Shown here: piece after piece, positions 1 to 11,283 of the stretch
Position numbering within the stretch: the first letter of the stretch is position 1
How the letters are laid out: each line of letters starts with the position of its first letter
Assembly (NCBI GenBank): GCA_963768575.1
Contig: CAVYIJ010000001.1
Span: 273,214-337,213, forward strand
Direction of reading: 5' to 3'
DNA from: an uncultured Halobacteria archaeon
GTDB lineage: Bacteria > Pseudomonadota > Gammaproteobacteria > UBA9214
Length of the DNA: 64,000 nt
Made by a program: the position numbers and the translations under genes
The notes under the pieces: model-generated
What the model was told of the DNA's origin: nothing
Databases searched by the model: none
What the model saw: the letters and a program-made list of their open reading frames with translations, nothing else

Positions 1-1176
1 ACCGCGTATTTCGGCCTCGTCTCGTACGCCACCCAGTGACATGCGGGTAAATTTGCGGCCGGTCGCACGCGCGATTGATCTGCCAAGCGATGTCTTGCCC
101 ACGCCAGGCGGTCCGACCAGGCACAGAATCGGGCCCTTCAGTTTCTTGACGCGCTGTTGCACGGCCAGGTACTCGAGGATACGCTCCTTGACCTTTTCCA
201 GGCCATAGTGGTCCTCTTCAAGGATGCTTTCAGCGGCGGCCAGATCATGCCGGATCTTGGTGCGCTTTTTCCAGGGCACATTCACCAGCCAGTCGACATA
301 GTTCCTGACGACTGTCGCCTCGGCCGACATCGGTGACATCATTTTCAGTTTGTTGAGCTCGGTCGTTGCCTTCTCTTTGGCCTCCTTGCTCATGCCCGCC
401 TTTTCAATTTTCTGTTCCAGCTCTTCCAGTTCGTTGGGCGTATCTTCCATGTCACCCAGCTCTTTCTGGATCGCCTTCATCTGTTCATTCAGGTAGTACT
501 CGCGCTGGCTCTTTTCCATCTGCTGCTTCACGCGGCCACGTATGCGCTTCTCGATCTGCATGATATCGATTTCGCCCTCGATCAGGACCATCAGGCGCTC
601 AAGCCGCTGGTGGCAGCTGTTGATTTCGAGGATTTTCTGTTTCTCGTCAAGCTTGAGCGACATGTGTGCAGCAATAGTGTCGGCCAGGCGCCCAGGCTCC
701 TCGATACCCGAGAGTGAAGTGAGAATCTCCGGCGGAACTTTCTTGTTCAGTTTTACGTACTGATCGAACATCGCCAGTAACGAGCGCGTCAGGATTTCCA
801 TCTCTTTTTCGTCTGCCGTGCTGTCCTGTTCAAGCAGTTCGATTCTGGCGGTAAAAAAGGAATCGGTGCTTTCGTAACCGGTAATCTTTACCCGTTCCGC
901 ACCCTCGACCAGCACCTTGACGGTGCCATCAGGCAATTTGAGTAACTGCAAAATTGTCGACAGCGTGCCGATCTCGTGAATATCGTCGATTGCCGGGTCG
1001 TCTATTTCGGCGTTTTTCTGCGCCACCAGCAGGATTTTCTTGTCATCCTGCATGGCTGTATCCAGCGCATTGATTGATTTCTCACGGCCAACGAACAGCG
1101 GAATTACCATATGCGGGTACACAACCACGTCCCTGAGAGGCAGTACTGGTATCGCTTGTTCCGTTTGCTCTGTCAT
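1..1176 (-). CDS. lon: ATP-dependent protease Lon, N-terminal ~390 aa (gene continues beyond window start)
   Basis: Reverse-strand translation from ATG at 1176 reads [31 protein letters not shown]..., the classic Lon N-terminus. Position downstream of clpX matches tig-clpP-clpX-lon synteny. Open frame runs off the window edge. Confidence 0.9.
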   Translation of the reverse strand, partial: MTEQTEQAIPVLPLRDVVVYPHMVIPLFVGREKSINALDTAMQDDKKILLVAQKNAEIDDPAIDDIHEIGTLSTILQLLKLPDGTVKVLVEGAERVKITGYESTDSFFTARIELLEQDSTADEKEMEILTRSLLAMFDQYVKLNKKVPPEILTSLSGIEEPGRLADTIAAHMSLKLDEKQKILEINSCHQRLERLMVLIEGEIDIMQIEKRIRGRVKQQMEKSQREYYLNEQMKAIQKELGDMEDTPNELEELEQKIEKAGMSKEAKEKATTELNKLKMMSPMSAEATVVRNYVDWLVNVPWKKRTKIRHDLAAAESILEEDHYGLEKVKERILEYLAVQQRVKKLKGPILCLVGPPGVGKTSLGRSIARATGRKFTRMSLGGVRDEAEIRG

Positions 1177-1314
1177 AGTTTTATCCATCCGTTCAGGTGT
1201 TGTAAGTAATGAGGGTCTGCATGTGGCAAAGCATCAACATACTTGCCCGGCAGTGACCACCCGGTACATACCCGCCGACGTAGCGCATGATCTGGTTGGC
1301 TGTCCCACATACCC

Positions 1315-1346
1315 AGAGATGGGGACAGATTATCGAACTTCAACCG
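1315..1346 (-). promoter_or_regulatory. sigma-32 (RpoH) type heat-shock promoter upstream of lon
   Basis: Minus strand reads TTGAAG (1343..1338), a 13-nt spacer, then CCCCATCT (1324..1317), matching consensus TTGAAA-N13/14-CCCCATNT. It lies ~140 nt upstream of the lon start and overlaps a dyad at 1301-1329. Confidence 0.45.
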
Positions 1347-1441
1347 AATTTTGACAGGTAACAACTATGCAGCAAGGAATATGCCAAGTAAGCATTCTCC
1401 GCGCCGCTATTTAATACCTTTGAATTTCATGTAGATATGAA

Positions 1442-2713
1442 TTATTCGGAGGCGGCAATGGGTTCAGGTGTGTCAAAAATCATGTACGGCTTGGAGCCGG
1501 TAACGATGACATTTTCATCGATGACCACTTTTCTGACGTTTTCCAGCGAGGGTAGATCATACATGGTATCGAGCAGGATCTGCTCGAGGATGGTGCGCAG
1601 ACCACGTGCGCCGGTTTTGCGCTCCATGGCCTTTTTGGCGACTGCACGCAAGGCATCTTCGCGAAACTCGATTTCACACCCTTCCATGTCAAACAATTTC
1701 TCATATTGCTTGGTCAGGGCATTTTTCGGCTCTGTCAATATCTTGACCAATGCATGCTCATCGAGTTCTTCGAGTGTAGCGACGACCGGCAGGCGGCCGA
1801 CAAATTCAGGAATCAGGCCATACTTGATCAAATCCTCGGGCTCAACCTCGTAGAGGATCTCGCCCAGGTCCTTCTCTTCATTCTTGCTTATGACAGGTGC
1901 CGAGAAACCGATACCGGTAGACTCTGAACGGCTGCGGATAATCTTGTCGAGACCGGCAAATGCGCCGCCGACGATAAACAGGATATTGGATGTATTGACC
2001 TGCAGGAATTCCTGCTGCGGATGCTTCCTGCCACCCTGGGGTGGTACCGAGGCGACCGTACCCTCGATCAGCTTGAGGAGGGCCTGCTGCACACCCTCGC
2101 CCGACACATCGCGGGTAATCGAAGGGTTATCGGATTTCCTGGAAATCTTGTCAATTTCGTCGATATAGACGATACCCGTCTGCGCCTTGTCGACATCATA
2201 ATCGCATTTCTGCAGGAGTTTCTGGATGATGTTTTCAACATCCTCGCCAACGTAACCGGCCTCTGTCAGCGTCGTCGCATCTGCAATCGTGAAAGGAACA
2301 TCGAGGAACCTGGCAAGTGTTTCGGCCAGCAGGGTCTTGCCCGACCCGGTCGGTCCGATCAGAAGGATGTTACTTTTGGATAGCTCGACATCATCCTTCG
2401 ATGCCTTGGCGTCAAGGCGCTTGTAATGGTTGTACACGGCAACCGAAAGCACCTTCTTGGCGCGGAGCTGACCAATAACATACTCATTGAGCACATCATT
2501 GATTTCCTGTGGCTTGGGAAGTTTCTCTTCACCCGCTGCCGTTTTCTCCTGCATTTCCTCTCGAATGATGTCATTACACAACTCAACACATTCATCACAG
2601 ACGAATACAGAAGGACCGGCAATCAGCTTGCGTACTTCGTGCTGACTTTTGCCACAGAAGGAACAGTAGAGCAGTTTGCCGTCTTCGCCCTTGCCGTTAC
2701 GATCGTTGCTCAT
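1442..2713 (-). CDS. clpX: ATP-dependent Clp protease ATP-binding subunit ClpX
   Basis: 423-aa ORF with N-terminal zinc-finger [27 protein letters not shown], Walker A GPTGSGKT and ClpX-typical length. Confidence 0.97.
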   Translation of the reverse strand: MSNDRNGKGEDGKLLYCSFCGKSQHEVRKLIAGPSVFVCDECVELCNDIIREEMQEKTAAGEEKLPKPQEINDVLNEYVIGQLRAKKVLSVAVYNHYKRLDAKASKDDVELSKSNILLIGPTGSGKTLLAETLARFLDVPFTIADATTLTEAGYVGEDVENIIQKLLQKCDYDVDKAQTGIVYIDEIDKISRKSDNPSITRDVSGEGVQQALLKLIEGTVASVPPQGGRKHPQQEFLQVNTSNILFIVGGAFAGLDKIIRSRSESTGIGFSAPVISKNEEKDLGEILYEVEPEDLIKYGLIPEFVGRLPVVATLEELDEHALVKILTEPKNALTKQYEKLFDMEGCEIEFREDALRAVAKKAMERKTGARGLRTILEQILLDTMYDLPSLENVRKVVIDENVIVTGSKPYMIFDTPEPIAASE

Positions 2714-2896
2714 TTGACGCCCTCACGATTGGAACCAAAACCCCTTCCCTAACGGTTTTAACATTTATTGTAATTATGAATCAACTCCTGTGGACAACAG
2801 GACAGTAATTTTGCCGGCATTTACCTGTATTTTCCCGCCTGTCAGGGCCAAATGCCGGATTACCGCCAAACAACCCGCCTGCTGATAAGGTTGCGT

Positions 2897-3520
2897 TCAG
2901 GTAGCCTGCACGGGTCGCTGTTCGAGAATCTCGTCGATGAGTCCATATGCCTTGGCAGTATCCGCGCTCATAAAATTATCCCGGTCAGTATCTTTTTGAA
3001 TCGTTTCCAGAGACTGGCCCGTATGTTCAGCGAGTATTACATTCAACCTTTCCCGAATGTGCAGTATTTCCCGCGCATGGATGTCAATATCTGTCGCCTG
3101 GCCCTGAAAACCGCCCAGCGGCTGGTGAATCATCATTCGGGAATGCGGTAGACAGACGCGCTTGCCCTTTGCGCCGCCCGCCAGCAGCAATGCACCCATG
3201 CTGGCCGCCTGGCCGATACACATGGTACTCACATCGGATTTAATGAACTGCATGGTGTCATAAACCGCAAGTCCCGCAGTAACCGAACCACCCGGTGAGT
3301 TGATATACAGGTGTATGTCCTTATCCGGGTTCTCGGACTCGAGGAACAGTAACTGCGCAACGATGACATTGGCCATGTAATCCTCAACGGGGCCAACCAT
3401 GAATACCACCCGCTCCTTGAGGAGACGCGAATAGATGTCATAAGACCGTTCCCCGCGCGAAGTCTGTTCGACAACGATGGGAACGAGATTTAAAGCTCTG
3501 GTATCCAGTGCACTGTCCAT
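2897..3520 (-). CDS. clpP: ATP-dependent Clp protease proteolytic subunit ClpP
   Basis: 207-aa ORF; the catalytic Ser context GQAASMGA and the MIHQP motif are conserved; directly upstream of clpX. Confidence 0.97.
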   Translation of the reverse strand: MDSALDTRALNLVPIVVEQTSRGERSYDIYSRLLKERVVFMVGPVEDYMANVIVAQLLFLESENPDKDIHLYINSPGGSVTAGLAVYDTMQFIKSDVSTMCIGQAASMGALLLAGGAKGKRVCLPHSRMMIHQPLGGFQGQATDIDIHAREILHIRERLNVILAEHTGQSLETIQKDTDRDNFMSADTAKAYGLIDEILEQRPVQAT

Positions 3521-3544
3521 AACTGATTTATCGGTCTCCGGAAC

Positions 3545-4838
3545 CTATCCTTGAGACTTCTTGGCCTCCTCCACGATCTCGCTAAATGTCATTTTCACGT
3601 TCTCGACCTGACCTCCGCCGTGCTCTACAACCCACTCAACGACCTGGTCCTCGAGCACTGCTGACTGAACGCCTGACAGCTGTGCCTGGTTTCCATAGTA
3701 CCACTGCACTACTTCTTCAGGTTTTTCATAAGAGGCGGCTATGGTCTCCACCCTGTCCCGAACAATATCCGGATCTACCTGGATCTGGTTCAAACGGGCA
3801 AGCTCGGAGACAATCAATCCCAGCTTGACTCTTTTTTCCGCCTCCGCTGTCAGCATCTCCGGGGAACGGCCCTGGAATTGCTCCAGTCCCAGCATTTCCT
3901 TCACCTCGTTCTCGATAAAGTTTTTTGGACTCTCGATCGGATTGTTTTGCAGCAGGCCGTCAAATACCTGGTTTTTCAGCTTCGAGCTGATCAGGCTTTT
4001 GAGTTCACGCTCCATGTTTTCGGTAACTGCGGTACGCAAGCCATTCACTCCGCCTTCAGGCACGCCAAAAGTGGTCGCAAATTCGTCATTCAGTTCAGGC
4101 ATTACCATCTCGGCGACAGAATTGACCCTGACCTTGAAACTGGCCAGCTTGCCGGCAACTTCAGCAGCTTGATAGTCCTCGGGGAATGTAACTTCCACGA
4201 CCTTGTCATCACCCGCCTGTGCGCCTTCCAGTTGTGCTTCGAAACCCGGGATCATACTGTTCGAACCAAGTACCAGCGGGATGTTATCCGCCTTGTTCCC
4301 GGTGAAGGCCGTGCCGTCGATCGTGCCCTCGAAACTGATGTTCAGCTGGTCATCCTGCCGGGCCGGACGGTCAACCTCGTCCCAGGTGGCGCGCTGGCTG
4401 CGCAGGTTATCGATCATGGCGTCAATATCTTCTTCCTGATTTCGACGTCGGACGGGACACGGTAAAGTTGTAATTGATATCGCTGCCAAGCTCGGGAAAT
4501 ACCTCAAATGTTGCGGTGTATTCCAGCGGCTCGCCGGGTTGCGGTACTTTCTGGTCGATATTCGGACTGCTTGCCGGACGAATACTTTCGAGTGTGAGCG
4601 CCTCCTGCAAGGTGGAATTTGCCACCTGGTTAACAACTTCGAGTCGCACCTGATGGCCAAACTTCTGTTCGATGACTTTCATCGGCACCTTGCCGGGACG
4701 AAAACCGTCAAGACGCACCGTCTGCGTCATGGACTTCAGCCTTGATCTCACCTCGTCGTCAATACGTTCCGCTGGCACCTGCACGGTCATTCGGCGCGCC
4801 AGCCCCCCGGTATTTTCCACTGAAACTTCCATTCTCAA
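3545..4838 (-). CDS. tig: Trigger factor, interrupted by an apparent 1-nt frameshift near 4450-4460
   Basis: The 138-aa ORF 4422..4838 (MRMEVSVENTGGLARRMTVQ...GFRPGKVPM) is the Tig N-terminus. The ORF 3545..4660 carries the Tig middle and C-terminal domains from EEDIDAMIDNLRSQRATWDEV onward. The two frames differ by 1 nt. Confidence 0.85.
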
Positions 4839-4926
4839 ACCTCTTGATATCTGCTGATTTTTATGCCTTGATCATGCTTTATCTTCGTGCAAGCCTGTCC
4901 GCTGCAAATCTGCATGCATGGCGGGC

Positions 4927-5011
<85 letters not shown>

Positions 5012-5168
5012 ATGGGTCTCCTGCTGTCTCTATCGAGGATGCCTGCTTGATGTTCTTGAATTATAACTACTTGGAAAGGGTTTGCGCACCCCAATAATCG
5101 GTAGAATTACTCCCATCCAGAACGGGCCATCAGCCCGGGCACATGAGGCCAGCGATGCTGGATTGATC

Positions 5169-5244
5169 TGGTGGGCCGTGAAGGAATCGAACCTTCAACC
5201 AATGGATTAAGAGTCCACTGCTCTGCCAATTGAGCTAACGGCCC
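5169..5244 (-). tRNA. tRNA-Lys (anticodon CTT)
   Basis: 76 nt; reverse complement is GGGCCGTTAGCTCAATTGGCAGAGCAGTGGACTCTTAATCCATTGGTTGAAGGTTCGATTCCTTCACGGCCCACCA; acceptor stem pairs; anticodon loop CTCTTAA. Confidence 0.75.
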
Positions 5245-5312
5245 GAAAGCGCGCTATTGGAGCATAGTCTGCAGGGTGGTTCAAGCAGCCCGCAGGCGGC
5301 CGGGCCGGGAAT

Positions 5313-5389
5313 TGGGGTGGACGATGGGACTCGAACCCACGACGACTGGAATCACAATCCAGGGCTCTACCAACTGAGCTACGCCCACC
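5313..5389 (-). tRNA. tRNA-His (anticodon GTG)
   Basis: Reverse complement is GGTGGGCGTAGCTCAGTTGGTAGAGCCCTGGATTGTGATTCCAG...CCATCGTCCACCA, including the His-specific extra 5' G; anticodon loop TTGTGAT. Confidence 0.9.
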
Positions 5390-5433
5390 ATAAAAAAGGC
5401 TTGCCTGCCGATCACCAATCAGCCCCTGCTGTT

Positions 5434-5510
5434 TGGCGCGCCCGGCAGGATTCGAACCTGCAACCGTCGGCTTAGAAGGCCGGTGCTCTATCCTGTTGAG
5501 CTACGGGCGC
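5434..5510 (-). tRNA. tRNA-Arg (anticodon TCT)
   Basis: Reverse complement is GCGCCCGTAGCTCAACAGGATAGAGCACCGGCCTTCTAAGCCGACGGTTGCAGGTTCGAATCCTGCCGGGCGCGCCA, closely resembling E. coli argU; anticodon loop CTTCTAA. Confidence 0.88.
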
Positions 5511-5528
5511 AGGTTACACCTCACCAAC

Positions 5529-5605
5529 TGGTCGGGGTAGAGAGATTCGAACTCCCGACATCCTGCTCCCAAAGCAGGCGCGCTACCAGGCTGCGCTATA
5601 CCCCG
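5529..5605 (-). tRNA. tRNA-Pro (anticodon TGG)
   Basis: Reverse complement is CGGGGTATAGCGCAGCCTGGTAGCGCGCCTGCTTTGGGAGCAGGATGTCGGGAGTTCGAATCTCTCTACCCCGACCA, proM-like; anticodon loop TTTGGGA. Confidence 0.9.
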
Positions 5606-5780
5606 TTAATACGACAACGACAATGGCCACGTCGCGAAACCCGATGATGATACGTCCTGCCCCGGGAGCGGTCAAATCGCGGCAATCGGAGCCCGGCAAC
5701 CGTGGCCGGCGAGCCTGTACAGATACCAGAGCCCGTGCGAGAATTCCGCCCCTCATTCGACACGGACGCATACCGGGCAC

Positions 5781-6635
5781 ATGACCGCAAAATTGATTGA
5801 CGGCAAAGCCATTGCCGAGGGCGTGAAACTGGCTGTGAAAGCCGGGATCGACGCCCGTCGCGCAAACAATCAGCGCATCCCCGGGCTGGCAGTCATCCTG
5901 ATCGGCAATGATCCAGCCTCGGAAATCTATGTCCGCAACAAGCGCAAGGCCTGCGAGCAGGCGGGTATCATTTCTCACTATTACGACCTGCCCGCAGCTA
6001 CCACCGAGCAGGCATTGCTCGACCATATCGACGAACTGAACGCGGACATGTCCATCGACGGAATACTGGTACAGTTTCCCTTGCCTGAGCACATCGATGC
6101 GGACAAGGTGACCGAGCGTATCCAGCCTGACAAGGATGTGGACGGGTTTCATCCCTACAACATCGGCCGCCTTGCACTGCGCCGTCCGTCACTACGATCC
6201 TGTACACCGCGCGGCATAATCACCTTGCTTGAGCATACCGGTGAACCATTTTACGGCCGACAGGCCGTGGTCGTCGGCGCATCGAATCACGTCGGTCGCC
6301 CGATGAACCTGGAACTGCTGCTCGCCGGCTGCACCGTGACCACCTGCCACCGCTTCACGCGGGACCTCGATGCACATGTCGCCACTGCCGACATCCTGGT
6401 CGTTGCTGTCGGCAAACCGGGCGTCGTGTCGGGTGAGTGGGTAAAACCCGGAGCAAGCGTCATCGATGTCGGCATCAACCGGCTGGAAGACGGCAGCCTT
6501 GCCGGCGACATCAGTGAATTTGATACCGCGCGGGACCGGGCCGCCTGGATTACACCCGTGCCCGGCGGGGTCGGCCCGATGACGGTTGCTACGCTACTTG
6601 AAAATACGCTGTACGCGGCAGAAGAGCTGCATTGA
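5781..6635 (+). CDS. folD: Bifunctional methylenetetrahydrofolate dehydrogenase/cyclohydrolase FolD
   Basis: 284-aa [17 protein letters not shown]...[28 protein letters not shown]...[10 protein letters not shown]...[17 protein letters not shown]; canonical FolD motifs and length. Confidence 0.95.
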   Translation: MTAKLIDGKAIAEGVKLAVKAGIDARRANNQRIPGLAVILIGNDPASEIYVRNKRKACEQAGIISHYYDLPAATTEQALLDHIDELNADMSIDGILVQFPLPEHIDADKVTERIQPDKDVDGFHPYNIGRLALRRPSLRSCTPRGIITLLEHTGEPFYGRQAVVVGASNHVGRPMNLELLLAGCTVTTCHRFTRDLDAHVATADILVVAVGKPGVVSGEWVKPGASVIDVGINRLEDGSLAGDISEFDTARDRAAWITPVPGGVGPMTVATLLENTLYAAEELH

Positions 6636-6644
6636 CGGGCGGGT

Positions 6645-8084
6645 CTACTCGCGCCGCCAGCTCGTCCCCCCGGCACCGTCTTCCAGCACAATGCCCTGCG
6701 CCGCCAGCTCGTCGCGGATCCGGTCGGCTTCGGCCCAGTTCTTTTGCTCCCTCGCCTTTAGACGCTCTTCAATCATTTGTTCGATCTTTTCATCCAATAA
6801 CCCGATCGATAAATTTACCGAAGCACCAGTTAATTTAAATTCTCCAGGTTCAGCATAAAGTACGTGATGCCCATGGAGATATTCCTCTGGATCAGACTGC
6901 AACAATCCGAGAATGCCGCCAAGTTTTACCAGGCAGGCGGACAATGAAAGTGCCTTTCCGGAGTCTTCGATGCGGCTCCGGTTGATTTCCCGCGCCAGAT
7001 TAAACAGGACTGCAATCGCCTCGGGCGTATTGAAATCGTCGTTCATGGCATCGTGGAAGTCCTTTATGTAGGCTTCGCATGATGTATCCGCCTGTCTCGC
7101 GGGCGCGAGCCCACGCAGCGCGGTGTATAGCCGGTTCAGGGCCGCCTTGCTGTTGTCGAGGTTTTCCTGTGAATAGTTGAGTGGGCTGCGGTAATGGCTC
7201 GCAAGGATAAAGTAGCGGATTTCCTCGGCCCGGTAATTCTTCAGTATTTCCCTGACGGTGAAAAAATTACCCAGTGACTTGGACATTTTCTCATCATCGA
7301 CCCTGACGAAACCGTTGTGCATCCAGTAGTTCACAAAGGGCCGGCCGGTTGCGGCTTCCGACTGGGCAATTTCGTTTTCGTGATGCGGGAACTTGAGGTC
7401 CATCCCGCCTCCGTGAATGTCGAAGTGCTCGCCCAGCTGGCAAGTCGACATGGCCGAGCATTCGATATGCCAGCCGGGCCTGCCGGCACCCCAGGGAGAC
7501 TCCCAGCCAGGTTCACCCTGCCTGGCCGCCTTCCAGAGCACGAAATCCAGCGGGTCATCCTTCTGCTCATTGACCTCGATACGGGCGCCGGCCTGCAGGT
7601 CCTCGATTTTCTTTCCTGACAGTTTGCCGTAACCATCGAATTTGCTGACGTCATAGTAGACATCGCCATTGTCGCCCTGGTAGGCATAGCCCTTGTCTGT
7701 CAGTGCGCTGATCATGGCAATGATCTCGTCCATGGATTCGGTCGCGCGCGGCTCCAGGTCCGGCCGGGTGACGCCGAGTGCATCCGCGTCTTCATTCATG
7801 ATCTTGATAAAGCGTGACGTCAGCGCATGTATATCCTCGCCGTTTTCGCTGGCACGCTGGATGATCTTGTCGTCGATGTCGGTAATATTCCTGACATAGG
7901 TGACGTCGTATCCAAGCTCTCTCAGGTAACGGACCACCACATCGAATACCACCATCACCCGCGCATGCCCGAGATGACAGTAGTCATAGACCGTCATGCC
8001 GCAGACGTACATTCTCACCTTGCCCTCATCAATCGGGACGAAGGTATCCTTCTGATTAGTAAGGGTGTTATAGATCTTCAACAT
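6645..8084 (-). CDS. cysS: Cysteine--tRNA ligase
   Basis: 479-aa ORF with HIGH motif ([15 protein letters not shown]) and KMSKS (KMSKSLGN); class I aaRS, CysS-like throughout. Confidence 0.95.
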   Translation of the reverse strand: MLKIYNTLTNQKDTFVPIDEGKVRMYVCGMTVYDYCHLGHARVMVVFDVVVRYLRELGYDVTYVRNITDIDDKIIQRASENGEDIHALTSRFIKIMNEDADALGVTRPDLEPRATESMDEIIAMISALTDKGYAYQGDNGDVYYDVSKFDGYGKLSGKKIEDLQAGARIEVNEQKDDPLDFVLWKAARQGEPGWESPWGAGRPGWHIECSAMSTCQLGEHFDIHGGGMDLKFPHHENEIAQSEAATGRPFVNYWMHNGFVRVDDEKMSKSLGNFFTVREILKNYRAEEIRYFILASHYRSPLNYSQENLDNSKAALNRLYTALRGLAPARQADTSCEAYIKDFHDAMNDDFNTPEAIAVLFNLAREINRSRIEDSGKALSLSACLVKLGGILGLLQSDPEEYLHGHHVLYAEPGEFKLTGASVNLSIGLLDEKIEQMIEERLKAREQKNWAEADRIRDELAAQGIVLEDGAGGTSWRRE

Positions 8085-8256
8085 CTGGAAGACAGCACTC
8101 CTGCCAGGGTGCCCGACGGCACGGTACGTTTATCGAGCGTCATAGTAACGAAAACCTGCGGGTGCTACAAAACGCGTGGATCAAGCTGACATACTTGTAA
8201 AGACTGCCAGAGCTTATATCATTGCACCATCTTATTTCCCCACAGGAGTTGTCCCG

Positions 8257-8856
8257 ATGAGATATTTTACTGGCGTGTTGCTGGCCATTGGCATTGGCCT
8301 GCTGCCGGCAACCGCATTTACCCTGGAAGTCGAATCAAACACGAAAGGAACAGGTATGGTTACAATCAACATGGAAACAAGTGCTGGCATGATCAAACTG
8401 GAACTGGACGGAAACAAGGCGCCGGCGTCCGTCGAGAACTTCGTCGCCTATGCAAAAGCAGGTCACTATGACGGCACCGTGTTTCACCGCGTAATACCCG
8501 GGTTCATGATCCAGGGCGGCGGTTTTGATGCAGACATGCAACAGAAAACGACAAACTCGCCGGTCAAGAACGAGGCAGACAACGGCCTGAAGAACGATAA
8601 CGGCACCATCGCCATGGCGCGCACCAACGACCCGCATTCCGCTACCTCGCAGTTCTTTATCAATGTGAAAGACAATGACTTTCTGAACTACAAGTCCTCC
8701 ACACCGCAAGGCTGGGGCTATACGGTGTTCGGCAAGGTGGTCGACGGGATGGATGTGGTACGAAAAATCGAGCAGGTAAAAACAGACGTGCGCGACGGCC
8801 ACCGTGATGTACCGGTCGAAAACGTGCTTATTACCAGTGTTACCGTCGAGGAATAA
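8257..8856 (+). CDS. ppiA: Periplasmic peptidyl-prolyl cis-trans isomerase A (cyclophilin type)
   Basis: Signal peptide [20 protein letters not shown] followed by the cyclophilin core [15 protein letters not shown]...[21 protein letters not shown], closely matching E. coli PpiA. RBS AGGAG lies 8 nt upstream. Start chosen inside longer ORF 8176..8856. Confidence 0.9.
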   Translation: MRYFTGVLLAIGIGLLPATAFTLEVESNTKGTGMVTINMETSAGMIKLELDGNKAPASVENFVAYAKAGHYDGTVFHRVIPGFMIQGGGFDADMQQKTTNSPVKNEADNGLKNDNGTIAMARTNDPHSATSQFFINVKDNDFLNYKSSTPQGWGYTVFGKVVDGMDVVRKIEQVKTDVRDGHRDVPVENVLITSVTVEE

Positions 8857-8874
8857 GCAGGGCCGGCCAGCCGC

Positions 8875-9615
8875 ATGCAAAAAACCCTGTTTATCTCCGA
8901 CCTGCACCTGGATCCTGCACGGCCGGAAATAACAACGCTGTTCCTGGATTTCCTCGAGAACAGTGCGGCATACGCCGGGGCGCTCTACATTCTTGGTGAC
9001 CTGTTCGAGGCGTGGGTCGGTGATGACGACGAATCGCCGGACAACCTGATCGTGTGCGAAGGATTGCGACAGTGCGCCGCGAACGGTACTTCCATTTATA
9101 TCATGCGCGGTAATCGCGATTTTCTGCTCGGCGAGCGCTTCGCGCGTGACAGTGGTGCGGTATTACTCGATGATCCGACTGTTATCGATCTTTACGGTGT
9201 CCGGACGCTGTTAATGCACGGCGACCTGCTTTGCACTGATGACACCGGCTACATGTCATTTCGCAAGATGGTCCGCGACCCGGCCTGGCAGGCTGACATG
9301 CTGGCCAAATCACTGGCTGAGCGGCAGGCGATCGCCCACGAAATGCGTACTGCCAGCCGCGCGCAGACAGCCGGCAAGCCGGAAAGCATTATGGATGTGA
9401 ATCCCGGCACCGTAATTGACTTCATGACCAGGCATCAGACACCGCAGCTGATCCATGGCCATACGCACAGGCCGGCGTGCCATACGTTCGACCTGGCGGG
9501 TCAGCCGGCCCGACGATTCGTGCTCGGGGACTGGTACGAGCAGGGCAGCGCCCTTGAATGCAACACCAGCGGCTGCGAGCTGACGAGCTTGCCAGTCGGG
9601 CCTGGAACATCGTAG
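8875..9615 (+). CDS. lpxH: UDP-2,3-diacylglucosamine hydrolase LpxH
   Basis: 246-aa ORF starting MQKTLFISDLHLD with calcineurin-like metallophosphatase motifs (GDLFEAW, GNRD, HGHTH). The ppiA-lpxH adjacency matches E. coli (ppiB-lpxH). Confidence 0.92.
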   Translation: MQKTLFISDLHLDPARPEITTLFLDFLENSAAYAGALYILGDLFEAWVGDDDESPDNLIVCEGLRQCAANGTSIYIMRGNRDFLLGERFARDSGAVLLDDPTVIDLYGVRTLLMHGDLLCTDDTGYMSFRKMVRDPAWQADMLAKSLAERQAIAHEMRTASRAQTAGKPESIMDVNPGTVIDFMTRHQTPQLIHGHTHRPACHTFDLAGQPARRFVLGDWYEQGSALECNTSGCELTSLPVGPGTS

Positions 9616-9650
9616 CGTGCGCTTGCCCACCCTGTAATTCCTGCAACCTG

Positions 9651-10373
9651 CTAGTCAAGCCCGAATTCAGCGTAGCCGTCCGGCAGCCTGAACAATGCGG
9701 CTGCAACCCGCAGACTGGCTTTGAAATCCACCAGTGATCTGCGATACCCCGTCCAATCGTACTCCTGCAAGGGCAGACCGTGTTCCAGGTGACGTGCCGG
9801 TGCGTAGGCATATCTGGACAAGAAACAGGGTGTCTGCACGCTTTTCGGCACTGTCTCCATGCTGTGCAACTGGCGGGCAGCGAGTACCCGCTCATACTCG
9901 GCCAGCCCTGAAACCGCCGTGTCGAGGAGACCAGGGACCACAACCAGCTGCTGGCAAATCCCGCCGTTTGCCAGTAACCGGAAGTTGACCGGTCGCTTGC
10001 CCTGTATCGCGGGTGCGGCCGGATCGGTCGTTTGCTCCTGGGACAGTTCAAGGTCCGGAGGTAATTCTGCAGCAGCCGCGCGATAGTCGATCACCAGGAT
10101 ATTCCTTTCATCGTGATTGACGCTGGAGAGCCTTCGAGTGGCCCGCTCCAGCAATACGAAATCGCCACTGTCGTTACCATCATCGATGCGTACATGCCTG
10201 TCGTTTACCAGTACCCTGACCGGATAAACATCGGTCCCCGCCTCCTGCTCTTCGTACAGCAGCATGGCCACCTCAACACCGTCGCCGGCGGGTAAATCCG
10301 CACGTGCCAGTAGCGGCAACGCCAGGCAGATACCGGCCAGTACCATCAATCGGCAAACGCGGTAACCGGTCAT
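9651..10373 (-). CDS. Hypothetical secreted protein (signal peptide, no recognised domain)
   Basis: 240-aa ORF with N-terminal signal peptide MTGYRVCRLMVLAGICLALPLLARA. Codon usage is consistent with neighbours, and its start overlaps the stop of the upstream gene (ATGA at 10370-10373). Confidence 0.6.
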   Translation of the reverse strand: MTGYRVCRLMVLAGICLALPLLARADLPAGDGVEVAMLLYEEQEAGTDVYPVRVLVNDRHVRIDDGNDSGDFVLLERATRRLSSVNHDERNILVIDYRAAAAELPPDLELSQEQTTDPAAPAIQGKRPVNFRLLANGGICQQLVVVPGLLDTAVSGLAEYERVLAARQLHSMETVPKSVQTPCFLSRYAYAPARHLEHGLPLQEYDWTGYRRSLVDFKASLRVAAALFRLPDGYAEFGLD

Positions 10374-11283
10374 TGCAGCGGCCCTGCCGCCATTTCTTCC
10401 AGCATGCGAAGCTCATCCGGGTCGAACCCGGCCAGCGCACGGGCCGGTGCGTTCAACGGTTGCTTGAGCCTGTCCATCTTGTAATCGACCAGTAAAGACC
10501 TGAATGTCGCGGCCGGTTCCAGCCCCCGTTGCTTGCAGAGATACCGGAACCAGCGTGAACCGGTCTCCACGTGACCGATTTCATCGGCATAAATCCTTTC
10601 CAGGATGGCGGCAGTCCTGTCATCGCCGCCATGCTGCAGGCGCCGGATCATCGCCGGGTAACATCGAGACCACGGGCTTCCAGCACGCGCGGAACCAGCG
10701 CCATGCGGACCAGTACATCATCGGCCGTCTTGGCGGCCATCTCCCACAGACCATCATGCGCGGGGTATTCACCGTACTTGCTACCCAGTTCCTGCAAGCG
10801 TTCGTTCAGCAGGCAAAAATGCAGCGCCTCTTCCCCGGCAACCTTCACCCAGTCGGCATAATAAGCGTCAGGTAGACCCCGGAAACGCAGTACGGCATCC
10901 CAGGCAAGGTTGATGGCATTGAATTCGATATGCGCCAATGCATGTATGAAGGCAGTCCGCCCTGTCTCGCTGCCCAGCTTCCTGCGTGGTAATTCACAGT
11001 GGTGCACCAGTGGCGGCTTGTCCGGACGCCCGGGCGAAACGAGCGCCACCGCTGGTGTGTCCGCGTCCAGTCGGCACGACCCGTCCTGCATCAGGGCCGC
11101 TGCCGCCAGCGTCCGGGAAACCTTGTCGGTGGTATCGCATGCAGCCAGGCAGGCGTGCGCCAGTTCAAACAGGTCTGCCATCAGTGCACGGTCTCCGCGA
11201 ATTGAAGCACGATTACAATATCCATAACGTTGGTTCCGGTCGGGCCGGCATTCAGGTGCGGAGCGCCGCGAGGCCACGTTCAA
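10370..11283 (-). CDS. DUF455-family ferritin-like protein, interrupted by a 1-nt frameshift near 10650
   Basis: The 211-aa ORF 10648..11283 carries the DUF455 hallmark HALAHIEFNAINLAWDAVLRF. The 93-aa ORF 10370..10651 (MIRRLQHGGDDRTAAILERIYADEIGHV) is the C-terminal continuation in the +1 frame. The junction GTTACCCGGCGATG suggests a missing C in a C-run. The true start may be the internal Met at 11181. Confidence 0.7.

Noticed and set aside
1040-1440. Small ORFs 1040..1354 (+), 1173..1364 (-), 1437..1853 (+) around the lon start and clpX 3' end
   Set aside because: They overlap the Lon N-terminus, the lon promoter region, or are antisense to clpX. No support as genes.
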